The position numbers and the translations under genes are program-made. 64,000 nucleotides of DNA from Chthoniobacterales bacterium (GTDB lineage Bacteria; Verrucomicrobiota; Verrucomicrobiia; Chthoniobacterales; Chthoniobacteraceae): NCBI GenBank assembly GCA_038207335.1, contig JBBQZX010000031.1:1-64000 (forward strand). The letters run 5' to 3'. The notes below the pieces were generated by a model. That model was not told where the DNA came from. It saw only the letters and a program-made list of their open reading frames with translations, and did no database searches. Of this stretch, positions 28,666-38,825 are shown one piece after another (the stretch's first letter is position 1; each line of letters opens with the position of its first letter).

Positions 28666-30159
28666 TCATTCCCCAGCGCCTGCAGACACTTTATATCCTT
28701 TGGTGAGTTCGGAAAATCGCTCCCGCATGGCTTTCAATCGCTCTGGCTGGCGGGTGGCCAGATTCGTGTGCTGCCCCACGTCCTTGTTGAGGTCATAGAG
28801 CTGCTCCTTCGGTGCGCCGGGATTGATCTGACCGCGCTCATCCACATCGCTGTTATGAAACTTCATCACCTGATAGCTCAGGCTCCAGGGTTTTTCCGGC
28901 TCGGGCGCGGTCTTGCCTCCCGAACCTTGATGCGGAATGTAGAGCCACGAACCCTGCCGCAGCGCGAGGCTGCGCGTGCCGTGCAAAATCGCTTCAGTGC
29001 GATTTAGCGGGGACTTAGTTGGATCGAGCAGCGCGGCGAGTTCCGAATGACCATCGGGTGAAGCGCCCGCGGGCACCGCCCCTCCGCCAGCCTCCGCGAG
29101 CGTAGCCATGAGATCGACTTGATGGAAAAACTCGTTTCGCTCGCTGTTCGCAGGAATTCGACCGGGCCAGCGCGCGAGAAGCGGCACGCGATGACCACCT
29201 TCCCACACATCGGTCTTCTGGCCTAGCAGCTCACCATTCGTGCGGTGTCCGGCACGCAATGCGGCTTGCTGATAACGGCCCGCATTGTCGCTGGTGAAGA
29301 TGACGAGAGTGTTCTGCGCAAATCCTTGTTTCTCCAACGCATCCAGCACGCGACCTACACAATGATCGAGCTGCTGGACATAGTCGCCGTAAAGGCCCGC
29401 CTCGCTCTTGCCGCGGAACTCCGGTGCGGGATTGATCGTGTTATGCGGAGCTTCCCACGCCAGATACAAAAAGAACGGCTGTCCTGCTTTCTGGTCAGCG
29501 AAAAACTTCTCAGCCTCATCCGCGAGGATCAGGTCCAGCTTGTCATCTGGGCGCAGTTCCATCGCCTTTTTGCCACCAATTTGTTTCCCATGCGCACCGG
29601 TGCCCGGCGAGTGATCTACGCTGATGGGATCGTCCTTTTCCAAGCCGAAAATCCAATGATCCCGCACGAAAACCAGCGGAGGCTCCGAGTGCGTTCGCGG
29701 CGTGCCGAAATAGGAATCGAAGCCAAACTCCAGCGGCCCCGGTTTCAATTCCGCATTCCAGTTTACGGTCATGCTCGTGCCGAAGCCATTGTGCCATTTG
29801 CCGAGCGCGGCGGTGCGATAGCCCGCTGACTTCAGGACCATCGGCAGCAGGACTTGGCCGGGGTCGAAGTTGCAAGCGTAGTCCATTGAGCGCCCGATTC
29901 GGAAAGCATAGCGACCCGTGAGGAGGGAGTATCGCGAAGGCATGCAGATGCCACTGAAGGAGTGCGCGTCAGTGAAGCGCGCCCCGTCGCGGGCAAGCGA
30001 GTCAATGCGCGGCGTGGCGATCTTCGTCGCGCCGTAGCTGCTGAGATCGCGATAGCCTAAGTCATCCGCCACCATGAGTAAGATGTTCGGCTTCTCGGCG
30101 GCATGCGCGGTGAGAGTGCCGGCCACGAGAGCTGCGAGAATGAACAGGTTGCGTTTCAT
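28666..30159 (-). CDS. Formylglycine-dependent (S1) sulfatase
   Basis: Signal peptide; PNILLMVADDLG, CMPSRYSLLTGRY, GKWH, FTSDN, EGGHRVP. Confidence 0.93.
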   Translation of the reverse strand: MKRNLFILAALVAGTLTAHAAEKPNILLMVADDLGYRDLSSYGATKIATPRIDSLARDGARFTDAHSFSGICMPSRYSLLTGRYAFRIGRSMDYACNFDPGQVLLPMVLKSAGYRTAALGKWHNGFGTSMTVNWNAELKPGPLEFGFDSYFGTPRTHSEPPLVFVRDHWIFGLEKDDPISVDHSPGTGAHGKQIGGKKAMELRPDDKLDLILADEAEKFFADQKAGQPFFLYLAWEAPHNTINPAPEFRGKSEAGLYGDYVQQLDHCVGRVLDALEKQGFAQNTLVIFTSDNAGRYQQAALRAGHRTNGELLGQKTDVWEGGHRVPLLARWPGRIPANSERNEFFHQVDLMATLAEAGGGAVPAGASPDGHSELAALLDPTKSPLNRTEAILHGTRSLALRQGSWLYIPHQGSGGKTAPEPEKPWSLSYQVMKFHNSDVDERGQINPGAPKEQLYDLNKDVGQHTNLATRQPERLKAMRERFSELTKGYKVSAGAGE

Positions 30160-30896
30160 CGTTTGGCGGTGGGTTTTGATGAAGATCGCCCCGGCAGCGG
30201 GCCCCAGATTTCTGCCATGAGCGCGAAAATTTCGGGCTCGTCCCGCTTCAGTTCACCGGCGACGAAGGGGTAGAAATCATTCGAGCCGAAGTAGCTCTCA
30301 GTCATCTCGGCAAAGAACTCCTTTGCGTTGTTCAGCGCGTAGTGTTCGCGCATCGGACCGGGGCTGGTGAGCACGGATTTGTATTTCCCGCTGTCACAAA
30401 ACTTCTTCCAGGCAGCCGTCACGCGCTCATCGTCGAAGCCGAGCACTTGATCGTGATAACCATGCGCCAGTTCGTGCAGCACGACCCATGGCATCCGGTG
30501 ATTTTCAAACGGCGAGAGAAACTGCTCCGCGTCGGGAATGTGGACGCACCTCGCCAGCGTCTCGCTGTAGCCATGGTCCTTTAGCCAGTCCGCATCCGGA
30601 TGATACTGCATGATGCGAAGGTCGCCGTAATCGAGGTCGAGTTCGATGGTGATCTCGCGCAGTTTCGCGAGCGCCTTTTCCGGCACGACGACTGTGATGG
30701 CGACGAGCCGAGCGGTGAGCAGTTTTACGGCGCGCTCGCCGAGCACTGCCCCTTCGCCTTTGAGCAAGCGGTCATCCACCCGCACGCTCCAGCCTTCGAT
30801 GTCGCGCGTGGTGTGGGCGGTGGGTAGTGCGGGCGGGTCGGCGGCAAATGTGCGAACGCACAGCAGCGTGAGGAGTGAGATAAGGATGGTTTTCAT
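30156..30896 (-). CDS. Secreted zinc metallopeptidase-like protein (HExxH)
   Basis: Signal peptide; VLHELAHGYH plus downstream YA..N.KEFFAE third-ligand motif. Confidence 0.75.
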   Translation of the reverse strand: MKTILISLLTLLCVRTFAADPPALPTAHTTRDIEGWSVRVDDRLLKGEGAVLGERAVKLLTARLVAITVVVPEKALAKLREITIELDLDYGDLRIMQYHPDADWLKDHGYSETLARCVHIPDAEQFLSPFENHRMPWVVLHELAHGYHDQVLGFDDERVTAAWKKFCDSGKYKSVLTSPGPMREHYALNNAKEFFAEMTESYFGSNDFYPFVAGELKRDEPEIFALMAEIWGPLPGRSSSKPTAKR

Positions 30897-30944
30897 TGGG
30901 AGGTTAGTAAGGCGGAAGGAGCCATGCGTGATCGGTTGTGGGTT

Positions 30945-33389
30945 TTAACGAGCCGACGGGCGCGCTTTGAACTCCGCGAGGCTCACCAGCGTCGGCGTGG
31001 CACTGCTCGATTCGATGGCGGCGATGCATTGGTCCATTTGGTCCACTTCCTCGCTTTTTTTAACCTGCTTGCCGGCCGCGGCGACGAGTTGAGCGCGGAC
31101 TTCCTTCAACTGCGGCAGGACGGCCTTCGCGTGGGTGCCATAGCGTTGGAGGTATTCGAGGCATTTGCCAACACGTTTACCCGCGCCCCAGCGGGCAGGT
31201 TCGACCACGGATACACACAGCGCCATCCCTTCGCGGATGTGCAGGCGCGAGAAAAGGTCGAGGCCGGCGAGGCGGATGCCATCACCGAACATTTCGTCGC
31301 TCGGCGCGAGCCGCTCGACGGCCTTGGCGATGGCGGGCAGCAGTTCCACGAGGTCACTGTCGGTCAGGTCGCCGAGAACCTTTCCCACCGAGCCGCGGGC
31401 GACACTGTCTTCGTTTTGCAGCAGCGATTGCACGGCGGGGTAGAGGAGTTTGCGGTCCACGCCCTCGAGTGATTCGGCGAGGATGCTCTTTGGCCCACGG
31501 GAGCCGGGGTAGGGCGAGAAGAGCGCCACGGCGGCGGCGCGCTGCACCATGCGACGCGGGTCGGCGGGGTTCGGGCGCACAGTCATGGCAAGCAGGTCGC
31601 TCACGCTGGCTTTGCGCGCTTCGGCACCGAGATTGGGCAGGGCTTCGGCGGCCAGGCTTTGCAGCCACGGGTCCGGGTCTTTGAGCGCGGCGCGCAGTTG
31701 CGGCGCGGCGGCATCGGAGCGCGGTCCGAGCGCGCCCAAGGCTTCGCAGGCTCCGTAACGGGCGTCGCGGCGGTCGCTGGCGAGCAGCTTGAGCAAGGCC
31801 GGGGTGAAATCGTCCGGCTTCTTCCCCAGTGCGGCGGAGGAACGCAGGCGCACCGCGGGGGACCAGCTTGACAGCCCGGCGAGCAGTTGCTGCGGCGTAC
31901 GCCGGTCGTAGCCGTTCTCGGCATTCTTGTATGGGTAGTCGCGTCCGGCGGCGATGACCTCGGCAACTTGCGCGGCGTTGAGAGCCGGAACGCAGAACGG
32001 TTTTTTGCCGGTGATGCGGAGGCTTTTCAGCGGTAAAGCGTAGGCCAGCAGATAGCCGCCCGAGCAGTCCCAGCCGGTGTAGTTGCCATGCTCCTCCTCG
32101 CCGACCGGCGCGCCTTGATAGAGCCAGCTCGTGTTCCAGCCGCGCGCGAGGTCGTAGTACCACGCCTGTTCCTTCAAATAAGCGCCCGTGGCCAGCGGAC
32201 CGAGGCGCGCCACGCCGGGCAGCGCCCAGAGCACGTTGAAAAAATTGCCCGTGTGCCCGCGCTCGCGCTCGCTGTAGGCGGCGGTGGACATCTTCCCGAA
32301 AAACTCCGTCGCCTCGCGGTCGCCGAGCAGATCGTAGAGCACCGCTGCGCTGGAGCACTTGCCATTGTCCTCGTGCGCGGGAAACGGCGAGTGGTCGCCA
32401 TAGGGCACCGCGCCTTTGTCCACATACCAGCGGAGGAAGCCCGCCGCCTTCGCGATGGCGCTGTCCAGCACAGGGTCTTTCACGCCGGCCTCGCGGGCCA
32501 GCACCATGCCGATGCACAGACTGAGGCCCGGCTGGTTCATGCTGCCGTAGCCGTTCAGGTTCCCGCTCGGCAGGGCGAATTTGTGCCCCCACGTTCCGAC
32601 AGCGCTCTGGCCATGGGCCGACTCCATCGCGAGCCGTTTCAGGCCGGGCATGATGGCCTGATCCCCGGTCGCCATTTCATACTCCGCCAGAAACGTGAGG
32701 ATGTACCCGTAATACCAAGTCGCGAAACCATCGGTCGAAAAGTCCGCCGCCCAGCGCGCCTCTTTCTGGAGCATTGGCAGATACTCCTTGCTCCCGCTAG
32801 CCAGCAGCGCGAGCGCATTGAGCGAACGCGGAATCGCATTCAGGCCGCGCATGTAATCCGGCCCGGCCATCCGTCGCGCGAGCGACGCGCAGCCCAGTTC
32901 GAAAATGCGCTTCGATTTCGGGCAATCATACGGAGCAGTGGCGCTGTAGCTGCCGAGCACCGGCAGCGTCACCACGACCTCCTCCGACTTCCCCGCGCGC
33001 CAGCGCAGCAGCCGGAGCTTTCCGCCGCCCTTCTCCGTCTCCGCTGCCCCGATGGCGCTGGCAAACTGAATGCGCGCATCGCCGGAAAAGCTCTTCCCCT
33101 CCACGCCGAGAATCACATCCCCGATGCCCAGCACGACCGCCGCTGGGGAGCCCTTCGCCACGGCCGTCACGAGAATCTGGCGCGCCTCAGCCGAGTGGCC
33201 GTTGTTCGTGAAAATCCAGCCCCGCGCCCCGGTCGGCCCGAGCGTCCAGTCGTGCGGCCCATCCTTCGCGACGGTGTCGCCCTTGGTGAAGTCGGGCATC
33301 GCCATCGCCTTTTCTTTGCCCGCGGCGATAGCAGGAACTGGCGCCGCGATGATGGCGGCGAGCGCGAGCGAAAGGAGGACGGTTTGCAT
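30945..33389 (-). CDS. DUF6288-like protein: PDZ-like domain + helical barrel + HEAT repeats
   Basis: Signal peptide; WTLGPTGARGW; PDZ-like VTAVAKGSPA...GDVILGV; HEAT-like RYGACEALG..LG, LKDPDPWLQSLAAEAL. Confidence 0.7.
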   Translation of the reverse strand: MQTVLLSLALAAIIAAPVPAIAAGKEKAMAMPDFTKGDTVAKDGPHDWTLGPTGARGWIFTNNGHSAEARQILVTAVAKGSPAAVVLGIGDVILGVEGKSFSGDARIQFASAIGAAETEKGGGKLRLLRWRAGKSEEVVVTLPVLGSYSATAPYDCPKSKRIFELGCASLARRMAGPDYMRGLNAIPRSLNALALLASGSKEYLPMLQKEARWAADFSTDGFATWYYGYILTFLAEYEMATGDQAIMPGLKRLAMESAHGQSAVGTWGHKFALPSGNLNGYGSMNQPGLSLCIGMVLAREAGVKDPVLDSAIAKAAGFLRWYVDKGAVPYGDHSPFPAHEDNGKCSSAAVLYDLLGDREATEFFGKMSTAAYSERERGHTGNFFNVLWALPGVARLGPLATGAYLKEQAWYYDLARGWNTSWLYQGAPVGEEEHGNYTGWDCSGGYLLAYALPLKSLRITGKKPFCVPALNAAQVAEVIAAGRDYPYKNAENGYDRRTPQQLLAGLSSWSPAVRLRSSAALGKKPDDFTPALLKLLASDRRDARYGACEALGALGPRSDAAAPQLRAALKDPDPWLQSLAAEALPNLGAEARKASVSDLLAMTVRPNPADPRRMVQRAAAVALFSPYPGSRGPKSILAESLEGVDRKLLYPAVQSLLQNEDSVARGSVGKVLGDLTDSDLVELLPAIAKAVERLAPSDEMFGDGIRLAGLDLFSRLHIREGMALCVSVVEPARWGAGKRVGKCLEYLQRYGTHAKAVLPQLKEVRAQLVAAAGKQVKKSEEVDQMDQCIAAIESSSATPTLVSLAEFKARPSAR

Positions 33390-34600
33390 CAGTTTGCCTT
33401 TTTGAGGTGCTTGAGTTCAGGCATCGCTTCGGCCAAGCCCTTGCCGACGCCGCCGAGGATTTTCGCCGAACCTAGGTAGTGGAATTCAAAGTTCGAGATG
33501 CCTTTCTCCATTACCAGTCGCTCGCGCTCGGTGAGACCTTCCACACACAGTTTCTCCACCAATGCCTTCTCCTCGGCGGGTGTCATCTTGCCGTCAGTCG
33601 CGAGCTTCTTGGCCTGTTGCTTAATCGCGTTTTCTTTCGCCTTCGCGGCGCTCAGTTCGCGGTCCCAATACTTCTCCGACAGCACCGTCGCGACGTTCCC
33701 CTTGAACTCCGGCAACAACGCCGCCGCTGCCATCGCGTCGCGGAAGTTTTGGTGCCCCGCTTTGTAACGCTGTTGGTCGGGTCCATAGTCCGCGGTCGGC
33801 CCGCCCACGCCGAGCACGCCGATGACGAACGGCAGCTTCGGCGCGTTCAAATCCTTCCGCACGTCGCGGATGAAGTCAGCCATCACCGTGCTGTAGGCAT
33901 CGTAGCCGCCGGGCTTGTCGCGCAGCGGATAGGTGTCACCGTCCACCATGTCGTTCCAACCCTGGAACCACGCGAATCCCGCCAGTTCGTAGCCCTGCGC
34001 CGCGTCGTAGCTGGGCACCACACGCTTCAGGTCGCCGAGCACCATTTTCACATGCTCGACCATGAGCCGGTAAAACACGCCCGTCGCCGCCACCTTCTCC
34101 GCTTTCATTGCCGCCACGTCCTTGCCCTTCTTTGTAAAAGCCGCGAGCTGCGCCTCGCTGAACACATACGGTCCCGCGCTCGGCGGACGGAAATCCGTGT
34201 TCAGACTCTTGCCACCCCACGAGGTCTTGATGAGCAAAATGGGTGAGTCCGTGAACTTCTCCATGTAAATCCCGAACGTGAACTCCGGCCCGATTTTCGG
34301 TCCGGCGTTCGACGCACCAAAGCCCGCCGTCAGCTTCCCCGTCTGTTCGACCTTCTCCTCCGCCCCGCAGCCGATGGACGAAATCCACACGCGGTCGCAG
34401 ACCTTCGGCTTCCCATCCGCGCCCAGCATTTCCGCGAGCATCGGCTTCGTCGCCGGATCCATGCCGATGTGCTCGAAGGTGGTGACCTTGGCATGGCCCT
34501 GCATGTTCGATTGCCCGGCGAGGATGAAGACTTGCAGCGGCTTCGCGTGAAGCTGAGCCGCGAGGACGAGTGTGGTGACCAATGTAATAGCGATTTTCAT
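33389..34600 (-). CDS. Sialate O-acetylesterase-like (SASA/SGNH) carbohydrate esterase
   Basis: VFILAGQSNM, IGPEFTFG, IKTSWGG, WFQGWND, FHY. Confidence 0.85.
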   Translation of the reverse strand: MKIAITLVTTLVLAAQLHAKPLQVFILAGQSNMQGHAKVTTFEHIGMDPATKPMLAEMLGADGKPKVCDRVWISSIGCGAEEKVEQTGKLTAGFGASNAGPKIGPEFTFGIYMEKFTDSPILLIKTSWGGKSLNTDFRPPSAGPYVFSEAQLAAFTKKGKDVAAMKAEKVAATGVFYRLMVEHVKMVLGDLKRVVPSYDAAQGYELAGFAWFQGWNDMVDGDTYPLRDKPGGYDAYSTVMADFIRDVRKDLNAPKLPFVIGVLGVGGPTADYGPDQQRYKAGHQNFRDAMAAAALLPEFKGNVATVLSEKYWDRELSAAKAKENAIKQQAKKLATDGKMTPAEEKALVEKLCVEGLTERERLVMEKGISNFEFHYLGSAKILGGVGKGLAEAMPELKHLKKAN

Positions 34601-35460
34601 GGAGTTGTGGTGGTTGGTTGCAGAATGACGGAGCGGATTTTTCTGCGGGAGCTTGCTGTAACAATCGTTCGGCGCATCGCCTGCTTGGTGATCGTGAGAT
34701 CATCGACATAGATCCAGTTGTCCGACGTGATCTCGGGGTGGCGATACATGCCCAGCTTCAAGTAGTGCTGATTGTCATTGTGCATGTTCGGGCCCTCGAG
34801 CACCGCAGCGGGTTTTTCCATGTCATCGAAGAAGACGGTGGCCTTGCCATCGACTTTCCGTGACCAGTAAATTTCCAGGGCGACGCTGTGCCATTTGCCG
34901 GACTCGAGGAATAGCGGGCCGCGTTTCTGGGATTGATCCAGACCGTAGGCGATGGCGATGGCTAGCTTGCCCTGCAATTCACCGATACTGAGCAACACCG
35001 GCAGGCTCTTAGATGCGAAGGCTTCCCACTTCTCACCGCGATTCTTGTCTGGCTGATCGTGCCACTGGCCGATGAGCCACCAGCGATTCTTCGGTGCATC
35101 GGATTGAAACCCCTTCGGCACCATAAAACGCCATGCGTAGCGCACCGTGTCGCCCTGGTGGTGCGGGTAATCCACACTGACCTCGGCAGGGATGCCGCCA
35201 TGGAGTTTCTTCTGGCCTGGAAAAACGTGCAGCCCGAGATACTGGTCAGTGCCCTCGCCCACTATCGCGATGTTCTCGATGGCAGACATGTCAACATGCG
35301 CAAACTCCAGCAGGGTCTCCGGCATGATGCAGCGCAGGTAGCTGAGTTCCTTCTCTCGATCGCTAGGGGACGTGGCCTCGCTACAGACGGAAGCAAGCAA
35401 GGAGGCGAGGACAAACAAGACACGGGTCACCTGACGACTTAGGATGGGGACGATCTTCAC
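34597..35460 (-). CDS. Polysaccharide lyase-like beta-jelly-roll protein (possibly degenerate)
   Basis: YAWRFMVP, IGQWHD, GKWH, YLKLGMYR motifs of the PL7/PL13/PL20-type fold; GTG start inferred. Confidence 0.6.
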   Translation of the reverse strand: MKIVPILSRQVTRVLFVLASLLASVCSEATSPSDREKELSYLRCIMPETLLEFAHVDMSAIENIAIVGEGTDQYLGLHVFPGQKKLHGGIPAEVSVDYPHHQGDTVRYAWRFMVPKGFQSDAPKNRWWLIGQWHDQPDKNRGEKWEAFASKSLPVLLSIGELQGKLAIAIAYGLDQSQKRGPLFLESGKWHSVALEIYWSRKVDGKATVFFDDMEKPAAVLEGPNMHNDNQHYLKLGMYRHPEITSDNWIYVDDLTITKQAMRRTIVTASSRRKIRSVILQPTTTTP

Positions 35461-35494
35461 GGGGCTACGATGACGAAGGCTGGCCGTGAGAGCG

Positions 35495-36472
35495 TCAGGG
35501 TTTCGAGCTCCTGAGTTTTGCGATGAGGAACTGGATCGGATCGGGATAAGCCACATCCATTGCACCGGGATACATTAGGTAACTCTCGACGGGGACTTCC
35601 TTGAGCCGCTCCTGGAGCTTGAGGCCGAAGTTCGCGGTATGAGTCGGGTCTTTCTGAGCCTTCCCGATTTCCGGTTTTACCGTGTAGTAGAGGAAGACCG
35701 GTGGATCGTCGGGCGTGGCAAGTTCGTAGGGGGAGTATTCCCTGATCCACGGCAGGATTTTTTCACGGCCTTCGAGGAATTTCTGAAAGTTGGCGAAGCC
35801 GAAAGCGTGGCCGCCATAGACGCTGTTCGGCGTCCACTCGCGCATCTGCTGCGGGTCGAGCGAGGTCTGCGCGCCGAAGACTCCGGCGCAGGTGAGTCGC
35901 GTGGATTCGCGGGCGATGGGATCGTCGCTTTTCAGATCGGCCATGTCCTCATGGAATGCGAGCCAGAGGCTGGAGCACGCACCCGCCGAGCCGCCGGATG
36001 CGCCGATGCGGGTCTTGTCCAAATTCCAATCCGACGCCTTGCTGCGGACAAATTGCAACGCGCGGGCGGCGTCTTCGAGCGGCCATTTTACAGGAGGCTG
36101 CACACCTGCGGCGGTGGCTTCCTGGACGAAGCGGTAGTTGATCGAGACCACCGAGATGCCCGCTGCGAGATACGCTTTCACGCCAGTGACTTTGTTTTTG
36201 TCGTTAGACTTCCACGCGCCGCCGTGGATGAAAAAGACCAGCGGCGTGGGCTGCGCGGACTCGGCCTTCCAGAAGTCCATCACCTGCTTCTCGTGCTTGC
36301 CGTAAGGGACGTTGGCCAACGTCGGTGGCGTCGGATTTGGGTTCTCGCCTTCCGGCACCCAGAAGGGCGCGGGGCTGGCTTTTACTTTCCGCGTAACAGC
36401 GGGCGCTTGTGCACCGGCGCTGAGAGTCAGTGCGACGAGCGCGAGGACGAGTCGGGTTGTGGAGTTCATCAT
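35495..36472 (-). CDS. Alpha/beta-hydrolase esterase (HSL/BD-FAE-like)
   Basis: Signal peptide; IHGGAW, SINYR, nucleophile GGSAG, DPTH. Confidence 0.85.
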   Translation of the reverse strand: MMNSTTRLVLALVALTLSAGAQAPAVTRKVKASPAPFWVPEGENPNPTPPTLANVPYGKHEKQVMDFWKAESAQPTPLVFFIHGGAWKSNDKNKVTGVKAYLAAGISVVSINYRFVQEATAAGVQPPVKWPLEDAARALQFVRSKASDWNLDKTRIGASGGSAGACSSLWLAFHEDMADLKSDDPIARESTRLTCAGVFGAQTSLDPQQMREWTPNSVYGGHAFGFANFQKFLEGREKILPWIREYSPYELATPDDPPVFLYYTVKPEIGKAQKDPTHTANFGLKLQERLKEVPVESYLMYPGAMDVAYPDPIQFLIAKLRSSKP

Positions 36473-37917
36473 TGGGTCGTGTTCATGCGCGCGTTCTCGC
36501 CCTGCCAGCCGGCGTCCAATTGTTTGGTGAACGTCTCCACGAGCGCGGCGTTTTCGGGCGCGGCGGCAATATTGGTGTTTTCCTGTGGGTCGGTTTGTTC
36601 GTCGTAAAGTTCTACCGCCTGCACCTTGGTGTGGTCCTTCGCATCCACCCATTGCGTGAAGCGATAACGCTCGGTGCGCATCGAGTAGCCCATGCGCCCG
36701 GCCTTGCTCGTGCCGCGTGGGTATTGGCTGAATGCGGCGGTTTTCCACGTTCTCTGTGGATCATCGAGGAGCGGCCGGAAGCTCCGCCCTTCCAAGTGCG
36801 CCGGCAGCGGGAGCCCAGCGAGGTCGGCGAGCGTGGGATAGACATCCACCAACTCCACGAGCGCGTCGCTTTGCTCGCCCGCGTGCTTCATGCCGGGCAC
36901 GGAGATCAAAAGCGGCACGCGCGTGTCATTCTCCACGTTGCTGTGCTTGGCCCATGCTTGATGCTCGCCCAGCTTCCAGCCGTGGTCGCCCCACAGGACG
37001 ATGATGGTGTTTTCGCGCAGCCCAAGTTTTTCCAGCTCATCGAGCACGCGACCCACCTGGGCATCGACGTAACTCACTGCCGCGTAGTAGCCGTGCTTGA
37101 GCTCTCGCGCGTAAGCCTCCGGCACCTCGCCCGCGGGAGTCCCCGCATACGAGCGCAGCTCGGACGCGCCGTGGACGATCGCCCAAGGCGGCGCGCCTTT
37201 GGGCGGAAACGGGTTCGGAGCGAGCGGGATTTTGGCGCGATCGTAGAGGTCCCAGTATTTGCTCGGCGAAATAAACGGGAGATGCGGGCGGATGAAGCCG
37301 ACGCCGAGGAAGAAGGGCTGCGCTTTCGACTTCAGTTCGCGCAAAGCAGTGACAGCCATTCCGGCGAGTTCGCCATCGTGCAGCGCGTCGTCAGGCACGT
37401 CCACTTTTCCCACTGCGGGGCCGCGCTTTTCGGCCTTCGTGGCTTTGGGATCCTCCGATTGGAGTTCACGCATGATCGGTGCCTTGGGAAACGTGGTCGG
37501 CACAGACCACGATGCGGGATCGTCCAATCCGTGGTGGTATATTTTCCCCATCGCTTGCGTGAAGTATCCCGCGTTTTTGAAATGCTGCGGGAGCGTGACG
37601 ACATCTGGCAGCGCCTTGCGGAAGTGCGTGGTGAGGTCCCACACCTTCGTCGTATCCGGACGCGTCCCCGTGAGCAGGCTGGAGCGCGATGGTGAGCAAA
37701 CAGCCTGCTGGCAGTAGGCGCGGTTCATCAGCAATCCTTGCTTCGCGAGCCGGTCAATGTTCGGACTTTTGATGATCGGGTTGCCGTAGCAGCCCAGCTC
37801 CGGGCGAAGGTCATCCACCGCGATGAAAAGGACGTTTAGCCGTTTCGCGGGCGCGGCCTCCTCGGCACGGAGGGCTGCGGTGAAGGCGACGGCGAGAAGG
37901 AGGAGCAGCGTTCGCAT
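36469..37917 (-). CDS. S1 sulfatase, iduronate-2-sulfatase-like
   Basis: NVLFIAVDDLRPELGCYG, CSPSRSSLLTG, GKIYH, GFIRPHLPF, GDHGWKLGEH. Confidence 0.93.
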   Translation of the reverse strand: MRTLLLLLAVAFTAALRAEEAAPAKRLNVLFIAVDDLRPELGCYGNPIIKSPNIDRLAKQGLLMNRAYCQQAVCSPSRSSLLTGTRPDTTKVWDLTTHFRKALPDVVTLPQHFKNAGYFTQAMGKIYHHGLDDPASWSVPTTFPKAPIMRELQSEDPKATKAEKRGPAVGKVDVPDDALHDGELAGMAVTALRELKSKAQPFFLGVGFIRPHLPFISPSKYWDLYDRAKIPLAPNPFPPKGAPPWAIVHGASELRSYAGTPAGEVPEAYARELKHGYYAAVSYVDAQVGRVLDELEKLGLRENTIIVLWGDHGWKLGEHQAWAKHSNVENDTRVPLLISVPGMKHAGEQSDALVELVDVYPTLADLAGLPLPAHLEGRSFRPLLDDPQRTWKTAAFSQYPRGTSKAGRMGYSMRTERYRFTQWVDAKDHTKVQAVELYDEQTDPQENTNIAAAPENAALVETFTKQLDAGWQGENARMNTTQ

Positions 37918-37924
37918 AGGTTAT

Positions 37925-38749
37925 TTAGTTTTTACGGGGGCCGGGCTTGGGCGGCGTGATTGCCTGAATCCCGCTGAACCAAGTCCCGGCCATGAGGTCA
38001 TACACGGCGTTGGTCGGATGGTTGATGCCGTTGGAAAATCGGCCGTCCTCAATCGACGTCGCGTCTTCCGGATTCTTAAGGAAATGCGCGTATTGATTCA
38101 CCATCGAGATACTCCGGCCCTCCCCACGATATTTCGGGACGAGCTTCGCAGCGATGAAGTCGTTGAAGCTGCGGATGCTGGCATTCTGCGCGGTGAAGCT
38201 GGAGGACTTCGGCGTGATCTGCGCAACGATGAGCTTCACGCCCGGCTTCGCTTTGAAGATCGCCTCGACCAGCGCGTCCAGCTCCGCAGGGCTGCCGGGG
38301 CCGATGCCGTTGATGCCGATGAGCAGCAGGATGATGTCAGGATTATCCGCCGCGATGAACCCGGCAACCGCGCCGGTGACTTGGGGAATCCGATAGCCGC
38401 CATAGCCGCGATGTGCATCCTGCTCGATGGTGCGCAGATCAAAGGAAGGACTCACCGTACCGCCGCGCGTCGGGTCGCTGTAATTACTCACCCACGGCTC
38501 GGACGATGCGCCTACAAACACGAAGTCGTAGCCCGCCTCGTGCAGCAAATGGTAAAGCTGTTTACGGTATCCGAATTCAAACGGCACCGTCCAGCCGCCC
38601 CCGCCTCTGCGCGCATTATCCGTATAGCCCGCAGTGATGGAATCGCCGAGCGGCATGATGCGAAGCGGAGCCGCCGAAGCGGGCCGCATAGCCACAAGGA
38701 CAAGCAGCAGCAGCATTCGCCGCAAAATAGAGGCGACTCGAGAACTCAT
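37925..38749 (-). CDS. SGNH/GDSL hydrolase (CE3-like acetyl esterase)
   Basis: LRIMPLGDSIT, HRGYGG, PDIILLLIGIN, NHP; start uncertain. Confidence 0.8.
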   Translation of the reverse strand: MSSRVASILRRMLLLLVLVAMRPASAAPLRIMPLGDSITAGYTDNARRGGGGWTVPFEFGYRKQLYHLLHEAGYDFVFVGASSEPWVSNYSDPTRGGTVSPSFDLRTIEQDAHRGYGGYRIPQVTGAVAGFIAADNPDIILLLIGINGIGPGSPAELDALVEAIFKAKPGVKLIVAQITPKSSSFTAQNASIRSFNDFIAAKLVPKYRGEGRSISMVNQYAHFLKNPEDATSIEDGRFSNGINHPTNAVYDLMAGTWFSGIQAITPPKPGPRKN

Positions 38750-38825
38750 AGGGCTGTGGAAGTAGTCAATAATCACAAGGAATTGCGCGGAGCGGCTGGC
38801 CGCGATCTACGCTCGACCGGCATGC

